NCBI RefSeq assembly: GCF_018350175.1
Contig: NC_058368.1
Span: forward strand, 144,400,001 to 144,464,000
Direction: 5' to 3'
DNA: 64,000 nt
From: Felis catus
Lineage: Eukaryota
Below the pieces are notes generated by a model, which saw only the letters and a program-made list of their open reading frames with translations, made no database searches and was not told the origin of the DNA. Shown one piece after another: positions 61,201 through 64,000 of the stretch. The stretch's first letter is position 1. Each line of letters opens with the position of its first letter. The translations under genes were made by a program, and so were the position numbers.

Positions 61201-62505
61201 TTTTTTTAATTTTATTTTTTATTTTTTAAAATTTACATCCAAATTAGTTAGCGTATAGTGAAACAATGATTTCAGGAGTAGATTCCTTAATGCCCCTTAC
61301 CCATTTAGCCCATCCCCCCTCCCACAACCCTTCCAGCAACCCTCAGTTTGTTCTCCATATTTATGAGTCTCTTCTGTTTTGTCCCCCTCCCTGTTTTTAT
61401 ATTATTTTTGGTGTTACTTTCATAGGGATTGCATTGAATATGTAGATTGCTTTGGGTAGTATCAGCATTTTTTAAAAAATATATGAAATTTATTGTCAAA
61501 TTTGCTTCCATACAACACCCAGTGCTCATCCCAAAAGATGCCCTCTTCAATACCCATCACCCACCCTCCCCTCGCTACCACCCCCATCAGCCCTCAGTTT
61601 GTTCTCAGTTCTTAAGAGTCTCTAATGCTTTGGCTCTCTCCCACTCTAACCTCTTTTTTTTTTTTCCTTCCCCTCCTCCATGGGTTTCTGTTAAGTTTCT
61701 CAGGATCCACATAAGAGTGAAAACATACGGTATCTGTCTTTCTCTGTATAGCTTATTTCACTTAGCATCACACTCTCCATTTCCGTCCACGTTGCTACAA
61801 AAGGCCATATTTCATTCTTTCTCATTGCCACGTGGTACTCCATTGTGTATATAAACCACAATTTCTTTATCCATTCATCAGTTGATGGACATATAGGCTC
61901 TTTCCATAATTTGGCTATTGTTGAGAGTGCTGCTATAAACATTGGGGTCCAAGTGCCCCTATGCATCAGTACTCCTGTATCCCTTGGATAAATTCCTAGC
62001 AGTGCTACTGCTGGGTCATAGGGTAGGTCTATTTTTAATTTTTTGAGGAACCTGCACACTGTTTTCCAGAGCGGCTGCGCCAGTTTGCATTCCCATCAAC
62101 AGTGCAAGAGGGTTCCTGTTTCTCTACATCCTCTCCAGCATCTATAGTCTCCTGATTTGTTCATTTTGGCCACTCTGACTGGTGTGAGGTGATATCTGAG
62201 TGTGGTTTTGATTTGTATTTCCCTGATGAGGAGCGATGTTGAGCATCTTTTCATGCATTTTAACAATATTTGTTCTTCTTATCCAGGAGCATGGAATCTT
62301 TTTCCATTTTTTTTGTGTCTTCCTCAATTTCTTTCATAAGCTTTCTATAGTTTTCAGTGTATAGATTTTTCACCTCTTTGGTTAGATTTATTCCTGGGTA
62401 TTTTATGGATTTTGGTGCAACTGTAAATAGGATCGATTCCTTGATTTCTTTTTCTTTCTCTTTCTGTGCATTGATTTTATATCCTGCAACTTTGCTGAAT
62501 TCATG
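61201..62505 (-). mobile_element. Internally deleted carnivore L1 (outer element) carrying a nested younger L1
   Basis: 3' UTR at 61201-61409 is fused to mid-ORF2 at 61410-61470 and 62256-62505. TSD AAGATTCA(AA)GATTT at 61186 and 62506. Confidence 0.85.
61471..62255 (-). mobile_element. Young feline L1 3' fragment nested in the outer L1
   Basis: ORF 61700-62059 is L1 ORF2 C-terminus ([18 protein letters not shown]...); GCATTTT on both sides. Confidence 0.88.
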
Positions 62506-62659
62506 AAGATTCAGATTTTTTTTTAATGGAGAATGTTTAAAATGTATACTGAAAGTTAAATAAATCCACAGTTTACTCGTTTTTCTCCTTTTTGGTATAA
62601 AGTGCCATGTTAATAGAACATTTTTTAAAGCAGTTTTTTATTTATAAAAGTAATGTTTC

Positions 62660-62752
62660 TTGGATCTAATGTACACAGCATGGTGACTATAGTTAACAAT
62701 ACTGCATTGTATACTTGAAATTTGCTAAGAGAGTAGGTCTTGAATGTTCTCA

Positions 62753-62794
<42 letters not shown>

Positions 62795-62940
62795 AACTTT
62801 GTGCAAGTGATAGATTTATTAAGTAACCTTACCATGGTAATCATTTCATAACATATAGTATATCAAATCATCACTTTGTATACTTTAAACTTACACAATA
62901 TTATTTGTCAATTATATCTCACTAAAGCTAGGGAGAAAAA
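62660..62940 (+). mobile_element. L1MA-like 3' end with (CA)n
   Basis: 'gatctaatgtacacagcatggtgactatagttaacaatactg...gaaatttgctaagagagtag'; (CA)n at ~62754-62791. Confidence 0.85.
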
Positions 62941-63039
62941 GGAAATCAGTGAATGGTTATATATAGTGTGTATTTTCTGATTCCATGAATAATGTATAGA
63001 AGTGATTCATTGTTCTTGTACCGTTAAATAGACACATTA

Positions 63040-64000
63040 TTTTTTAAATATAATTTATTGTCAGATTGGCTTCAATACAATACCCAGTACTCATCCCAAC
63101 AAGTGCCCTCCTCAATACCCATCACCCATTTTCCCCTCTCCCCCACCTCCTCATCCACCCTCAGTTTGTTCTCTGTATTTAAGAGTCTTTTATCGTTTGC
63201 CTCCCTCCCTCTCTGTAACTATTTTTCCCCCTCCTTCCCCCATGGTCTTCTGTTAAGTTTCTCAAGATCTACATATGAGTGAAAATATTTGATATCTGTC
63301 CTTTACTGACTGACTTATTTCACTCAGTATAATACCTTCCAGTTCCATCCACATTGCTGCAAATGGCATGATTTCATTCTTTCTCATTGCCAGTCAGTAT
63401 TCCATTGTATATACAAACCACATCTTCTTTATCCATTCATCAGGTGATGGACATTTAGGATCTTTCCATCATTTGGCTATTGTTGAAAGCACTGCTATAA
63501 ACATTGGGGTACATGTGCCCCCATGCATCAGCACTCCTGTATCCCTTGGGTAAATTCCTAGTAGTGCAATTGCTGGGTCATAGGGTAGTTCTATTTTTAA
63601 TTTTTTGAGGAACCTCCACACTGTTTTCCAGAGCAGCTGCATCAGTTTGCATTCCCATCAACATTGCAAGAAGGTTCCCATTTCTCCACATCCTCGCCAG
63701 CATCTGTAGTTTCCTGATTTGTTCATTTTAGCCACTCTGACCGGTGTGAGGTGGTATCTCAATATCTCATGCTTTGATTTGTATTTTCCTGATGATGAGT
63801 GACGTTGAGCATCTTTTCATGTGTCTGTTAGCCATCTGGATGTCTTCTTTGGAAAGGTGTCTGTTCATGTCTTCTGCCCATTTCTTCACTGGAGTATTTG
63901 GTTTTTGGGTGTTGAGTTTGGTAAGTTCTTTATAGACTTTGGATACTAGCCCTTTATCCAATATGTTATTTGCAAATATCTTTTCCCATTCCGTTGGTTG
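63040..64000 (-). mobile_element. Feline L1 3' end, continues beyond the window
   Basis: Antisense 3' UTR plus ORF2 ([33 protein letters not shown]). Confidence 0.92.

Larger units (their letters stand above)
45611..64000 (+). other. RASGRF2: RASGRF2 intron 1 (5' part; exon 2 not found in window)
   Basis: Starts with GT after ...GACAAGCAG. I saw no sequence encoding the expected continuation of the PH domain. Repeat-rich and AT-rich. Confidence 0.85.

Overview
Mammalian (felid, from the abundant tRNA-derived Can-SINE/SINEC_Fc copies and feline L1 3' ends) genomic DNA, not prokaryotic. The only protein-coding sequence I can support is RASGRF2 coding exon 1 (+ strand, 45323-45610, 96 codons, N-terminal part of the first PH domain). 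It lies in a CpG island (~44680-45900) that is preceded by a ~700-bp degenerate TG-rich tract. Bases 1-44000 are repeat-rich upstream DNA and 45611-64000 is the start of intron 1. The rest is mostly SINEs, L1 fragments of several ages, LTRs, an ERVL pol remnant and old DNA transposons. The most unusual element is an ~840-bp antisense insert in intron 1 (51681-52522). It has the architecture of a retroviral mRNA rather than a provirus: R-U5-PBS(Pro)-short leader/env tail-PPT-U3-R-poly(A), with a candidate TSD. This fits an L1-made processed retrocopy of a probably spliced class I ERV transcript. Other notable signals are a composite RE1/REST plus nuclear-receptor element at 22239-22276, a POU-octamer/palindrome cluster at 20885-20995, a strong-Kozak uORF just before the RASGRF2 ATG, and several nested or rearranged L1/SINE insertions. 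Repeat family names come from recalled consensus sequences, not a database search, and repeat boundaries are approximate.
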